This document shows positions 1 to 9,726 of a stretch of DNA of 64,000 nucleotides, piece by piece (within the stretch, counting starts at the first letter, position 1; each line of letters starts with the position of its first letter). Both the position numbers and the translations under genes were made by a program. The notes beneath the pieces are model-generated. The model was not told the origin of the DNA. It saw only the letters and a list, made by a program, of their open reading frames with translations, and made no database searches. The DNA is from a virus, in IMG/VR virus record IMGVR_UViG_3300050821_018577, positions 1 through 64,000 of that record. One strand, written 5' to 3'.

Positions 1-46
1 TCGGCTACATGGGACCAGGCCGCGTACTCGTCTCGGTGGAACTGCG

Positions 47-250
47 ATGAGAGCCAAGCAAACGCCTGATTGGATTGTGGCTCGCGATAAAGGTGCGACC
101 GCTCTCTGCGAGCGATGCCGTGCCACGTTCACGCTGAAACTGCCGTGTCCGCTGTCCGTCTGGTGCACGGCCATGCAAGAGTTTTGCAAGATTCATTCCA
201 GATGTAAGGCAGCGTCGAGCCAAAATCGACGCAAGGGAGAAACAAAATGA
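47..250 (+). CDS. small Cys/His-rich hypothetical protein
   Basis: CxxC and HxxC pattern; stop overlaps ATG of ligase (ATGA). Confidence 0.6.
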   Translation: MRAKQTPDWIVARDKGATALCERCRATFTLKLPCPLSVWCTAMQEFCKIHSRCKAASSQNRRKGETK

Positions 251-1338
251 CCACGGTCAAGAGCACGGTTCTCTTCTTTTCAGATTTAGCAACCGGAGGA
301 ACTTCGGACAAGACCTACCAAATACAACTGACCAAAAACGGATCCGGTTACAACGTGCAATTCCAATACGGGCGCCGCGGTGGCACGCTCCAACCAGGCG
401 TCAAAGCCGAAAATGTATCGTTCGAAGAGGCAGAGCGTGAGTATCAACGCCTGGTCCGCGAGAAAACAAACAAGGGCTATGTCGGTGCCGAAGCGGAAAC
501 GACCGCCCAAGCACCGGCCATTCTTGCCAAGGATGCGAGCCACAGTCGTTATCCGGCAGAACTACTCGATGAAATTGACGAAGAAGAAGCGGAAGTCTTC
601 ATTAAGGATTCCCGCTACGGGATGCAGAAGAAATATGATGGTGAGCGCCGGCCTGCCGAGAAGCTGGCCGATGGGTCCGTCATTTCCTACAACAAGGAAG
701 GAAAGGCCAAGCCATTACCAGCCGAAGTTGCTGCGGAATTCGCCAAGCTATCGGACGGACCGTTGTACATCGATGGTGAACTGGTCGGAGCAACGTATAT
801 CTGTTTCGACCTGCTCGAACTGAATGGCGCTGTTTTTACGAAGTACGCCTACAAACTCCGTCTGAAATCTCTCCGGGCTCTAACCGCCAACACGACCATG
901 ACCGTTGCCGAGACTTGGCTGACGACCAAAGAAAAGCAGGGCCAGCTCGCCTTACTCAAAAAGAAGCGGGCAGAAGGCGCTTGTTTCAAGCTGATGGATG
1001 CTCCGTATGCGGCAGGCAGAAACGGCCAGCACAAAAAATTCAAATTCCTGAAATCCGCAACGTGCAAAGTCGTCGGCATGGGCCATAAGGGCCACAACAG
1101 CGCAACGCTTGCATTGCTCAAAGACGGAGACTGGCGAGAAGTTGGCCGGGTCAGCATGAACGGAAAAGATTCGCGTATCAAGATTGGATCGCTGGTCGAA
1201 ATCAAATTCCTGTATGTGGGTGCTGGCGGACGACTGTATCAGCCGCGTGTCAAGGAACTGCGTACCGATATACGAGAGTCGGAATGCACTTTTGACCAAC
1301 TTAAGAAGGCGTACAAAGAAGGCATCACAGCCGCCTGA
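247..1338 (+). CDS. WGR-domain ATP-dependent DNA ligase
   Basis: N-terminal WGR-like segment (DKTYQI..VQFQYGRRG..EKTNKGY), adenylation motif QKKYDG, EGACFK motif IV, C-terminal OB-like region. Confidence 0.88.
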   Translation: MTTVKSTVLFFSDLATGGTSDKTYQIQLTKNGSGYNVQFQYGRRGGTLQPGVKAENVSFEEAEREYQRLVREKTNKGYVGAEAETTAQAPAILAKDASHSRYPAELLDEIDEEEAEVFIKDSRYGMQKKYDGERRPAEKLADGSVISYNKEGKAKPLPAEVAAEFAKLSDGPLYIDGELVGATYICFDLLELNGAVFTKYAYKLRLKSLRALTANTTMTVAETWLTTKEKQGQLALLKKKRAEGACFKLMDAPYAAGRNGQHKKFKFLKSATCKVVGMGHKGHNSATLALLKDGDWREVGRVSMNGKDSRIKIGSLVEIKFLYVGAGGRLYQPRVKELRTDIRESECTFDQLKKAYKEGITAA

Positions 1339-1435
1339 GTTTGCCAGTGGTAGAGCAGTCGCGGGGCCGTTCTGCCCGACGGCAATGCAATACGGCAGCG
1401 GCGAGCCGGAATCGCCGCGCTTCTTTGGAGACAGC

Positions 1436-1555
1436 ATGTTAGCAAACATCGACAGCGCGGTAACGACACTGCTAATCCTGGGATCGATCGCGGCCATTGT
1501 CGGCTGTGCCACCCTGCTTGCCTGTCCCAAGGACAGGAGAAGGAAACCTCGATGA
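1436..1555 (+). CDS. small membrane protein
   Basis: GGAG RBS, one hydrophobic helix, ATGA overlap with next gene. Confidence 0.5.
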   Translation: MLANIDSAVTTLLILGSIAAIVGCATLLACPKDRRRKPR

Positions 1556-1752
1556 CCTTCGACAATGCTATAGACGAGTTACCGCTTTGCCTTGCTGGCG
1601 ATTACGACCCGCATCAGCACAAAACGCCAGAGGACCTGCGATTTTTGGCGCAGACCGTCTATGACCTATGGAAACAAAACGAACGCCAGCTTTCCGAGAG
1701 CGATGTCATTAGCCTTCGGAATTTCCTCTGTCTATTTGAGAGAGTGGCATGA
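1552..1752 (+). CDS. hypothetical protein
   Basis: coupled overlaps at both ends. Confidence 0.6.
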   Translation: MTFDNAIDELPLCLAGDYDPHQHKTPEDLRFLAQTVYDLWKQNERQLSESDVISLRNFLCLFERVA

Positions 1753-2330
1753 CCCTAGAGCTACCTCCAAACGGCCAGCTTGGAGAAGCATGTATCTCCG
1801 AGACTACGGTAACTTATAGCGACGTACTGGAATCTCTGATGGACTCTGCCAGCACCGGCTTCCCTTTCCACGTCCAAGAAGGAAAGTACAAACGCCTGCA
1901 TGTGCGCGGCGTCCTACAAATGAGCAACACGCGCATGGAACGCGTGACCAACTTACAATTTGTGCTTGAGGCTCGCGGAAAAGTGTTGGTCGCCGGGCTC
2001 GGGATGGGCTACGTGCTTACGCAGATTTTGCCGAAGCCGGAAGTCAAGCATGTCACCGTCATAGAAAAGTCCGCGGACGTTGTGAAATTGGTCGCCCCAC
2101 ATTTCGCTTGTGACAAATTGCGAGTGCTCATTGACGACATTCACCGTTGGCGGCCAAGCGAGAAATTTCACGTAATCTATTTCGATATTTGGCCAAACGT
2201 GAGCCTGAAAAATCTTCCGGAGATGGCCAAACTGCATCGCAGGTTCCGACAGTTTCTATTACCCGGCGGATACCTGAATTCGTGGAGCCGCGAAGGACTT
2301 CTCAAAATGAAGAAACGAGGGCTCGAATGA
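1749..2330 (+). CDS. class I SAM-dependent methyltransferase (spermidine-synthase-like)
   Basis: VLVAGLGMG motif I, VTVIEKS, YFDIW. Confidence 0.8.
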   Translation: MTLELPPNGQLGEACISETTVTYSDVLESLMDSASTGFPFHVQEGKYKRLHVRGVLQMSNTRMERVTNLQFVLEARGKVLVAGLGMGYVLTQILPKPEVKHVTVIEKSADVVKLVAPHFACDKLRVLIDDIHRWRPSEKFHVIYFDIWPNVSLKNLPEMAKLHRRFRQFLLPGGYLNSWSREGLLKMKKRGLE

Positions 2331-2686
2331 AACTGACGATTCAGCGGTCGAAGTGGTTGCACGGCGAAGGCAGCGACCAAAGTTTCCTCTTGCGCGAGTC
2401 GGATGGAAAGATGTGCTGTATGGGATTTTATCTCCGCGCGGTGGGCCTTACCGACGACCAAATCAGAGACAAGACGACCCCCGAAGATGTAGCCATGGCC
2501 ATCATCAATTCTCCTGCTTCCTGGCTATTGACTCCCAGATGGAATGGCGGGAGCGCGCTAGAAAACAGCATTGATTGCTCATTCTTGATAAACAAAAACG
2601 ACATTATAAACCTCAAGGTAGACCGAGAGGAGGCTATCGCCAAGTTGTTTGCCAAGCATGAAGTGGAAGTGGAATTCGTAGAGTAA
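2327..2686 (+). CDS. hypothetical protein
   Basis: ATGA overlap; GKMCCMGFY motif. Confidence 0.65.
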   Translation: MKLTIQRSKWLHGEGSDQSFLLRESDGKMCCMGFYLRAVGLTDDQIRDKTTPEDVAMAIINSPASWLLTPRWNGGSALENSIDCSFLINKNDIINLKVDREEAIAKLFAKHEVEVEFVE

Positions 2687-2724
2687 AGGCAGCGAAGCGC
2701 CTAAGTTTCGCAAGGGAGAAATAG

Positions 2725-4257
2725 ATGAGCACTGCAAGTCTGAAAAGTGTTGAAAGTAATACCATGGTCAAACTGGATCGGGTGCGGCAATCCCCATTCA
2801 ATCCACGTAAGACCTTCGACAAGGAAGCGATGAAGGACCTAATCGCTAGTATCGAGGAAAAGGGCATTCTCGTTCCACTATTAGTGCGCCCAACCTACGA
2901 CAATGATGTATTGGGCTACGAAGTCGTTGCCGGGGAGCGACGTTATCGCGCCGCACTGGCATTGGAACTTACCGACGTACCTGTGGTCATCCGGGAAATG
3001 ACCGATGAAGAAGCGCGAGAAGTCCAAATCATCGAAAATCTCCAGCGCCAGGACCTGCATCCGCTCGAGGAAGCCGATGGCTATCACACTCTACAACCGT
3101 TGACCGCCGAGCAAATTGCAAAGAAAGTGGGCAAATCAATCATCTATGTCACGCGTCGCCTGCAACTCCGGAACCTGATTGAGCCGATTCGGAAGCTGTT
3201 CTTCGAGAACAAAATCGGGTGGGCTCATGCTTTCTTGGCTGCGCGATTGGGCCCGGAACAGCAGAAAGAAAGCCTGCCCTGGCTGAAACGTGGCGACAGT
3301 CCGGAAGGATTCAAGAGCGAAATCGAGCGCCATTTCTTTCTGACTCTCAAGAATGCGCCGTTCGATACCGCCGACGCGAAGCTGGTTCCGAAGGCCGGCG
3401 CGTGCGTGGATTGTCCGAAGCGCACCGGATTCAACAAGATGTTGTTTGCGGAAATCAAGGACGCGGACATCTGTACGGATCCTCCATGCTTCGAGAACAA
3501 GACCAGGGCCTTCATCAAGATTCAAGTCGGCACGCACAGGGATGCCGTCCTGTTGAGCATTGCAGACCAGTTCGGCAGCAATCGGTTTCCGGCCAAGCAT
3601 CTGACAACTTGGGTGCCAGCCGGCGCTGAGAATTGCCCCGACACAAAGGAAGGTGTCATTGTCGAGCATTGCGCCTATCACGATTCGCCGCACAAGGTGG
3701 GTTCTCTGCTCAAGGTCTGCACGAATCCCAAGTGCAAGACGCATTACCCGAAGGAACCGCGTCCGGATTACAACTCGTCTACCGGCGGCAGCCGCAAAGC
3801 GGAGAAGGCCAGGAAGATTGAGCTCCGGCGCCGCGGTCTTGTGTTCAAGGAACTGGCCTCCGACCCGTTCACCATCGACAACAAAAAAGATTACCGCGAC
3901 GTGCTCGATTGGGCCATCAAACAATTGAATAACGATGAAGCGAGGGCTATCTGCAATGCCATGCAGTGGGAAATCGCGGCCGCCAAGTACGGTGGCAAAG
4001 ACTATACCGGAACCATCCAAAAGAAGCTGGCCAAGCTAGAACCTGCCGGCATTCATCAATGGCTCTATCTGGTCATGCTGGCCGGCACTGACCTGTGGTT
4101 CTACAACAATATCAATACCACGCCCAAGGCATTGCTACTCGAGGCCAAAGCAAGGATCGCCGGCGTTCCGCTGGCCGATATCGCCAAGCTGGCCAAGGAA
4201 ACCAAAGCCGACGCCAAGAAGCGCGAGAAACAGGCCGCTGCCAAGAGCAAAAAATGA
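2725..4257 (+). CDS. ParB/RepB/Spo0J family protein
   Basis: SPFNPRK, GILVPLLVR, VVAGERRYRA, IIENLQRQDL, HTH, Cys-rich C-terminal region. Confidence 0.9.
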   Translation: MSTASLKSVESNTMVKLDRVRQSPFNPRKTFDKEAMKDLIASIEEKGILVPLLVRPTYDNDVLGYEVVAGERRYRAALALELTDVPVVIREMTDEEAREVQIIENLQRQDLHPLEEADGYHTLQPLTAEQIAKKVGKSIIYVTRRLQLRNLIEPIRKLFFENKIGWAHAFLAARLGPEQQKESLPWLKRGDSPEGFKSEIERHFFLTLKNAPFDTADAKLVPKAGACVDCPKRTGFNKMLFAEIKDADICTDPPCFENKTRAFIKIQVGTHRDAVLLSIADQFGSNRFPAKHLTTWVPAGAENCPDTKEGVIVEHCAYHDSPHKVGSLLKVCTNPKCKTHYPKEPRPDYNSSTGGSRKAEKARKIELRRRGLVFKELASDPFTIDNKKDYRDVLDWAIKQLNNDEARAICNAMQWEIAAAKYGGKDYTGTIQKKLAKLEPAGIHQWLYLVMLAGTDLWFYNNINTTPKALLLEAKARIAGVPLADIAKLAKETKADAKKREKQAAAKSKK

Positions 4258-4457
4258 TTGCCGTTCCAGTCGGTAAGGCCAAGCTGCGCATCCACATCGA
4301 AGGTTGCCGCGACTGTGGAACGCTGTGGGCGCCAGCTTGGCACATCGTTGAAACCGTGGCAGTCACGACCTGGCGATTCAACCAACTGAGTCGGTCGACA
4401 AAGGTAGATGTGCCTGTTTGTCGCGATTGTTTCAAAAAACTCAAAAGGAGACGATGA
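4254..4457 (+). CDS. small Zn-finger-like protein
   Basis: two CxxC; coupled overlaps. Confidence 0.55.
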   Translation: MIAVPVGKAKLRIHIEGCRDCGTLWAPAWHIVETVAVTTWRFNQLSRSTKVDVPVCRDCFKKLKRRR

Positions 4458-4645
4458 TGAAAGCGGTTTCGATTGTCGGTCACGCCTTTGATTGCCTGCC
4501 CGGTCATGTGCAGATTACCGCTCGCGGCGTGGGCTCGGACCTCCGCGTTGCAATTTGTGATGCGGTTCGCGAAATGTTTCAAGATGAACGCCTCCACCGT
4601 AAACGCATCAAGGAATTCAAGTTGGCGGTGGTTGCCGACAAATGA
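4454..4645 (+). CDS. hypothetical protein
   Basis: AGGAG RBS, ATGA overlaps. Confidence 0.6.
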   Translation: MMKAVSIVGHAFDCLPGHVQITARGVGSDLRVAICDAVREMFQDERLHRKRIKEFKLAVVADK

Positions 4646-4983
4646 ACCAGATGCAAACACTGGCCGATGCCTGGGAGGAATTGTCCAAAGGCCCATTCGT
4701 TTGCTGGCAAGCTGCCGAAGTGACTCGGCAAATTGTCGGTGGCGTGCGGATGGGCTACTACGCCGAAGATAATCCAACCGCCGCGCTGGGCCGCGCCGAG
4801 GGTGGTCACGACTTCCTCATTGTCGATGACGAGTGGATCCTCGACTTTTGGGCCGCGGCCTATTACGGCGAAAGTCCTATTCATAGTCTGAAAACAGACG
4901 CCGCAGAAATCGCACGACTCTACGGCGACCGGAGCAAGTGGGAACGGTCGGAGGGAGAAACAGATGATGGTTACGCAACTTAG
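4642..4983 (+). CDS. hypothetical protein
   Basis: coupled ORF in operon. Confidence 0.6.
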   Translation: MNQMQTLADAWEELSKGPFVCWQAAEVTRQIVGGVRMGYYAEDNPTAALGRAEGGHDFLIVDDEWILDFWAAAYYGESPIHSLKTDAAEIARLYGDRSKWERSEGETDDGYAT

Positions 4984-5344
4984 ACCCACAGGAAACTATC
5001 TCAATCAGTGGATGGTCAGCAGCCATACCGACCCGGACAAAGAGTATAAGGTCAGCCAGACAGAAGATGGCGATTGGAAATGCTCCTGTCCGCGTTGGAT
5101 CTTTGGCAAGGCCCCCAAGCAGGACTGTAAACATATTATTGCCATCAAGGTGGAAGAGCCTGTCGACACCAAGAGGACGTCGCGCAGAGCGGCCGAGGCA
5201 TTTGCTCGCACGCGAATCGAATGGACGGACGCCCGCCTGTCGATGGGTAAGTCGAAAAAGAGTCCGGTTCCACCGACGCCATCGATTCCATCGGAACCTG
5301 TGTTCTTGTTGCAGACCCGCCGCAGCATCCAGCTGGTGGATTAA
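4964..5344 (+). CDS. SWIM zinc finger protein
   Basis: WKCSCP...DCKHI SWIM signature. Confidence 0.8.
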   Translation: MMVTQLRPTGNYLNQWMVSSHTDPDKEYKVSQTEDGDWKCSCPRWIFGKAPKQDCKHIIAIKVEEPVDTKRTSRRAAEAFARTRIEWTDARLSMGKSKKSPVPPTPSIPSEPVFLLQTRRSIQLVD

Positions 5345-5713
5345 ATGTCGCCATCAGACCCCACCATCTGGGCGCTAAAGGTCACCGGTATCATAGCTTG
5401 TGTCGCGTGTTTGCTAGTTTTCGTTATTGGAACAGTTCATTACCGCTGGAAAAGGCGATATGAACGAGCAATGCGGACATTCCATGCTCCGGAGCCTGAA
5501 AAGGAACCGTCGGGCACTTATACCGTATATTTTACTTGCCCGAATTGCGCCGAACGAACCCGCGTAGATATTCCGAGAGGCACACGCAAGGACGAAATGG
5601 AACCTTTCCCGTGTCGCAACTGCGGATGCCTATATCAGTTCACTAAAAATAATGATGAAGTTGGAGGCTTTGTGCTGGCTCCATCTCCGCGCAAGATTAG
5701 AGTAATTGACTAG
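5345..5713 (+). CDS. membrane-anchored Zn-ribbon protein
   Basis: N-terminal TM helix, CPNC and CRNC. Confidence 0.65.
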   Translation: MSPSDPTIWALKVTGIIACVACLLVFVIGTVHYRWKRRYERAMRTFHAPEPEKEPSGTYTVYFTCPNCAERTRVDIPRGTRKDEMEPFPCRNCGCLYQFTKNNDEVGGFVLAPSPRKIRVID

Positions 5714-5730
5714 CATTGCCGTTGTGTTAT

Positions 5731-5743
5731 CTTAGACCATAAG
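5731..5743. promoter_or_regulatory. operator-like palindrome CTTAG-ACC-ATAAG
   Basis: one mismatch to the CTTAG-N3-CTAAG consensus, intergenic. Confidence 0.5.
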
Positions 5744-5789
5744 TTTCGACAATCAAGTACAGGAGATTAGATACAGTAATGCAGAAAAA

Positions 5790-6173
5790 TTGCTTTGCCT
5801 GATGGTGCTCGATGACGGCGTTGTGCAGGACGTCATCGTTCCCGGAGCAAAGCCGGCGTTTTGGCGCGCCTTCATCGTACAGAACCGCGAGACAGGGATC
5901 GTCTCCTGCAAATATCGATTCAAACAGATTGACGCTACGAATTGGTACGAAATCACACCGAAAGAACAAAATGCCAACACAGTAAAAGTATTGCGCGAAA
6001 AAGTGGAAACTGTATTCCGCCTAGCCTCCGGTGCGTTCGGTGCCGACCCGAATAAAGCTATTCAATGTTTTTATCCACCCGATGACGGCGGCGACGGAGC
6101 TAAGACCATCATCTGGCTCGAAATGCAGGATCTTGCCGAAATCACGAAGGTCGTTAAATCCGATGAAACGTAA
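5790..6173 (+). CDS. hypothetical protein (start uncertain)
   Basis: open frame filling gap, overlaps next gene. Confidence 0.6.
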   Translation: MLCLMVLDDGVVQDVIVPGAKPAFWRAFIVQNRETGIVSCKYRFKQIDATNWYEITPKEQNANTVKVLREKVETVFRLASGAFGADPNKAIQCFYPPDDGGDGAKTIIWLEMQDLAEITKVVKSDET

Positions 6174-6504
6174 CCCATGGCAACCGCCATCCGACTTGGA
6201 CCCGGAGTGCCTTGCGCTCTGTGTGGCATTGAACAAGATGCCGGGCATCCAAACAACCGATTCTTGTTGCGGTCACGGTAAAAATCCATACTGGATTTTC
6301 TTTCAACCGACAAATTTGGCCTCGTTGCCGAGACTTCTTTATTGGTTCGATTCCTGTCACTGCGGCTGTAGAAATTGGCGTGTTATCGCCTATACCGATT
6401 GTTCCGCCGACAGAGCGCGATTCATGGTTGAGGGGCCGGTCGGGGCCTATGACGATGCCAAACACATTGCTGAGTTAATCGAAAAGGATTTGAAAGGAGC
6501 GTGA
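6163..6504 (+). CDS. hypothetical protein
   Basis: TTDSCCGHG motif; coupled. Confidence 0.65.
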   Translation: MKRNPWQPPSDLDPECLALCVALNKMPGIQTTDSCCGHGKNPYWIFFQPTNLASLPRLLYWFDSCHCGCRNWRVIAYTDCSADRARFMVEGPVGAYDDAKHIAELIEKDLKGA

Positions 6505-6507
6505 GAC

Positions 6508-6822
6508 ATGGAAATAGCCAAAGACCGTATCTTGGCGTTGGCGAACAACGTCAATTTCAAGTTCGGTAGAGATGTCGTCATCGCCGACGGCATACGGATC
6601 GGAGACTTGTTCGATTCCTACCGAGCGACCGTTTCAACCAAACCGGTCCGCATTATCATGGACGGCGGACTGATTGAAGAAGTCCAAAACGTTCCAGTCG
6701 GTCTCACCATCGAAGTCTACGACTACGACCTTTCGGATTCCGACCATCCGAACGTCATAAAAGACGAAGAAGGCACACTGGTGTTCCACAACATCTATAC
6801 GAGCGAGGGCCAGGTCAAGTGA
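6508..6822 (+). CDS. hypothetical protein
   Basis: AGGAG RBS; acidic IEVYDYD motif. Confidence 0.6.
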   Translation: MEIAKDRILALANNVNFKFGRDVVIADGIRIGDLFDSYRATVSTKPVRIIMDGGLIEEVQNVPVGLTIEVYDYDLSDSDHPNVIKDEEGTLVFHNIYTSEGQVK

Positions 6823-7718
6823 CGACAAAAGCCTTGCCGTTTCCTGAACCGCTCTACGAGAGATATAGACCAAAACGGATTGCGGATTTTATCGGCCTAG
6901 TAAAAGTAAAACGGATCATAGAACCTTTCGTCAAAGCGCCGTTTGAGTCCAACTGGCTGTTCCTGGGAGGCTCAGGCCTCGGCAAGACGACACTGGTGCA
7001 GGCTATTGCCGATGAAATCAATGCGGAGCTCCACGAGATTCCTTCCGCCGAGTGTGACCTTGAGCGCGTGCTTCACGTTACTGGTTTATGCACATATGGC
7101 GCATTCAACTTTGCCAAGGGCACGACGTCTGTCTGGCACGTCGTGGGAATTCACGAAGCTAATTGGATCACGCAAGCGGCTCAGAAATCTTTGGTTTCCA
7201 AGATGGATTCCACTAACCCGCCGCCAAAGACTATTTTCATTCTGACGGCCAACACCAAAGAAACCATCGAGCCTAAACTGCTAACGCGTCTGACCGAGAT
7301 TTCCTTCACCGAAGAATCGGTGGAGGATGAGCTTCCGGATTACCTAGCCAAGATTTACAAGAAAGAAGGTGGCCGGCATCCACTCGACTTCGCGGCAATT
7401 TCGAAACTTTGCAAGTACAACGTCCGGGACGCGCTGCTTAAATTGCAGGTTGAGCTCCTGATTGGCACCAATCGCAAAGGCCTGCCGACCGAGGATCTGA
7501 AAATCCTGCCAACCCATCAGCACGAATGCGAGAAGTGCAGGAAGCCGTGGAAATGCAGTCAACTGAAATGCAAGTTGCCGCATGTGAGCGTCTGTCCAGA
7601 GTGCGGCGGCTCGAGGACCGTTGGCCAGGAACGGGCCAAGAAAGCCTGGAAAACGATTCGCGACAATATTGCCGAAGAACTGAAACAGAAACCAAAGAAG
7701 AAAGGAAAGGCCGCATGA
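6819..7718 (+). CDS. clamp-loader/RarA-like AAA+ ATPase with C-terminal Zn ribbon
   Basis: LYERYRP (RFC box II-like), Walker A GGSGLGKTT, FILTAN sensor 1, variant Walker B GIHEA. Confidence 0.8.
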   Translation: MTTKALPFPEPLYERYRPKRIADFIGLVKVKRIIEPFVKAPFESNWLFLGGSGLGKTTLVQAIADEINAELHEIPSAECDLERVLHVTGLCTYGAFNFAKGTTSVWHVVGIHEANWITQAAQKSLVSKMDSTNPPPKTIFILTANTKETIEPKLLTRLTEISFTEESVEDELPDYLAKIYKKEGGRHPLDFAAISKLCKYNVRDALLKLQVELLIGTNRKGLPTEDLKILPTHQHECEKCRKPWKCSQLKCKLPHVSVCPECGGSRTVGQERAKKAWKTIRDNIAEELKQKPKKKGKAA

Positions 7719-8002
7719 CACATACGCCTGGACCATTTGAAATTATGGAGCTTGCCACTCCGCTAAAGGACTGGACGGGCGGGCGATTCATCATCGAGGC
7801 CCCTAGCGCACCGGGAGGCTTAGCCGTGACAATCGGTGGATTGGGCGAAGAAGAACGCGCCAATGCCAATTTGTTCAAGGCCGCGCCTAAACTGCTGCTC
7901 GCTTGCGAGCTTATGTTTCAGGTCATCGACCGTGAAAGATGGTACACCCCACGCCAGCGAGAAGAGATTAAAGCCGCCATCAATGAAGCGAGGGCCGCAT
8001 GA
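7715..8002 (+). CDS. hypothetical protein
   Basis: MTHTPGP...ANANLFKAAPKLL, a common phage small-protein pattern. Confidence 0.7.
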   Translation: MTHTPGPFEIMELATPLKDWTGGRFIIEAPSAPGGLAVTIGGLGEEERANANLFKAAPKLLLACELMFQVIDRERWYTPRQREEIKAAINEARAA

Positions 8003-8328
8003 ACATCAAATACGCCGATTTTTTTCATCTGGCGCCACAATTCGCGGACCGGTTCGAGCATCTTGCACCCGGCGAAGATGGCGTAATCGACCGCGATGAC
8101 AAGCGAGTCCTAGCCAAGTTTCGTCGGCTACTGGAGAAATTGCGACAGGATTTGCTTGCAGCGCCAAGTCGGACCAGTACGCCATTGGATGCCCAAGCTA
8201 TCGCCTTCGAGGTTCTCGGACACATCGACACGATGTATCCGGCGATGTGGAACGGAGTGCCCAAAACCGCGCGAGTCAGTTTGCGCAACACGATTGTCAG
8301 GGCAATCGCACGGCAGGAGAAATCATGA
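7999..8328 (+). CDS. hypothetical protein
   Basis: ATGA overlaps. Confidence 0.6.
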   Translation: MNIKYADFFHLAPQFADRFEHLAPGEDGVIDRDDKRVLAKFRRLLEKLRQDLLAAPSRTSTPLDAQAIAFEVLGHIDTMYPAMWNGVPKTARVSLRNTIVRAIARQEKS

Positions 8329-8651
8329 ACCGGACATGGCGCATCGAGCGCACTAGTTCACGGCCGGAGGAACTGTACAGCGTCGTGAACGAGAAGGGCG
8401 AGCACTCTAAGGTTCTATTGGTCTATGTGCCGGCGACGAAGAAAAATGCACAGTTACTCGCTGCGGCACCGAAGATGCTGGCGGCCCTCAAAGCGTTGAC
8501 TGGCTACTATTTGCCGAATGGTCCAGATGGATTTGTGGCTTGTGTTACGCCGAAAAGCGCAAGCAATCTTACGAAACGCCAACGCAGACAGAATACGTGC
8601 TGGAGCAAGTGGGATGCTGCGCTGGAAGCAATTGCCGAGGCAGAACGATGA
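8325..8651 (+). CDS. hypothetical protein
   Basis: NAQLLAAAPKML motif, similar to 7715..8002. Confidence 0.65.
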   Translation: MNRTWRIERTSSRPEELYSVVNEKGEHSKVLLVYVPATKKNAQLLAAAPKMLAALKALTGYYLPNGPDGFVACVTPKSASNLTKRQRRQNTCWSKWDAALEAIAEAER

Positions 8652-8851
8652 CTCAAGTCTTTATCCGCCAAAATCTGTTCCAGCGTTGGATCGTCGTGAC
8701 AGCCGAGAATATCGACGGCGAACTCGCTTGGAGCGGCTCGCAATGGGTGTCGTTCGACGGCGATGTCCAAATCTCGAATCTTGACACTTGGGAAGAGGCC
8801 GCAGCGTATGCAGAGAGTTTTGGATTCACTGTAATTGGGAGGCTCGAATGA
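8648..8851 (+). CDS. hypothetical protein
   Basis: ATGA overlaps. Confidence 0.6.
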   Translation: MTQVFIRQNLFQRWIVVTAENIDGELAWSGSQWVSFDGDVQISNLDTWEEAAAYAESFGFTVIGRLE

Positions 8852-9021
8852 AAATAGACCTTGGAAAGCTGACGCAAGAAGAATCTGCGGAACTGTTGAA
8901 GCGACTCATCACTGATGCTTTGACGGAGGAACAAGTGTTCTCTGCGTTGAACGAAGTACTTACTACGGAACAGAAGGAGGAATTGGGAGAAAGTTGGTTC
9001 AACTTAGGCAGGGAACGCTAA
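8848..9021 (+). CDS. hypothetical protein
   Basis: GGAGG RBS, ATGA overlap. Confidence 0.55.
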   Translation: MKIDLGKLTQEESAELLKRLITDALTEEQVFSALNEVLTTEQKEELGESWFNLGRER

Positions 9022-9028
9022 GGAAAAG

Positions 9029-9517
9029 GTGATGGAATACAAAACGATTCGCAAATTTGAAGCCTATCCGAGTCTGGGTATAGAAATTCGCGTTGCCCTG
9101 AATCGACCGATAACCGAAGAGGATGAACGCGCGGCCATGAAGGCGTGTAACGAACTGCAGGAAGCGTTAGAGCTTGAAACCGCACGCCTGGATCCGGACG
9201 CCGCACTGCATCGGGAACTGGAACGCCAGAATCTGCTCGGGCTATTTGCTAGCCATGTGATTTGGGCCGAAGAAATTCCGAACGGCTATTGCTCCAGGCC
9301 ATGTTGCTCACAAAAGCCGTGGTACATCGTGACGACGACGAAGGGTCGAATCACCTTGGGATGGCGGAAACGCGTCATTGAAATCACTTGGACGCCATCG
9401 GTCGGCGGCATGGCCAGCATCCTATTCCCGGGCGAGGACGTCACCAAACTCGAAAGGTCGATTCACGCCTGGGGCTACGACAAGGCGAAAGAATACATCC
9501 AGAGGTTGCTCGCATGA
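9029..9517 (+). CDS. hypothetical protein
   Basis: IPNGYC...ITLGWRKRVIEI...IHAWG pattern. Confidence 0.7.
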   Translation: MMEYKTIRKFEAYPSLGIEIRVALNRPITEEDERAAMKACNELQEALELETARLDPDAALHRELERQNLLGLFASHVIWAEEIPNGYCSRPCCSQKPWYIVTTTKGRITLGWRKRVIEITWTPSVGGMASILFPGEDVTKLERSIHAWGYDKAKEYIQRLLA

Positions 9518-9726
9518 ATAGTAAGACAAACGACGGCAAGAGTGACTACTGCGAGTGTGGACGACTCCGCACTGCTTGCGTTGGTGGGTTTACTAAAAAC
9601 CGTAACACTTTGCACGGCGACCGGGGCGAATTCCGCAATAAGCCTTTAGTGCCGGTGTTCGTTGTAGACCGCGAAGCCTACGACTTGAACCTGGAAGAAG
9701 GCAGTGCGCAACGGAGAATGAAATGA
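9514..9726 (+). CDS. hypothetical protein
   Basis: ATGA overlaps. Confidence 0.5.
   Translation: MNSKTNDGKSDYCECGRLRTACVGGFTKNRNTLHGDRGEFRNKPLVPVFVVDREAYDLNLEEGSAQRRMK

Noticed and set aside
1339-1426. tRNA-like sequence after the ligase (AGTGGTAGAGCA, GCGGCGA/TCGCCGC hairpin)
   Set aside because: No acceptor stem, T-loop or CCA could be built; probably a terminator or chance hairpin.
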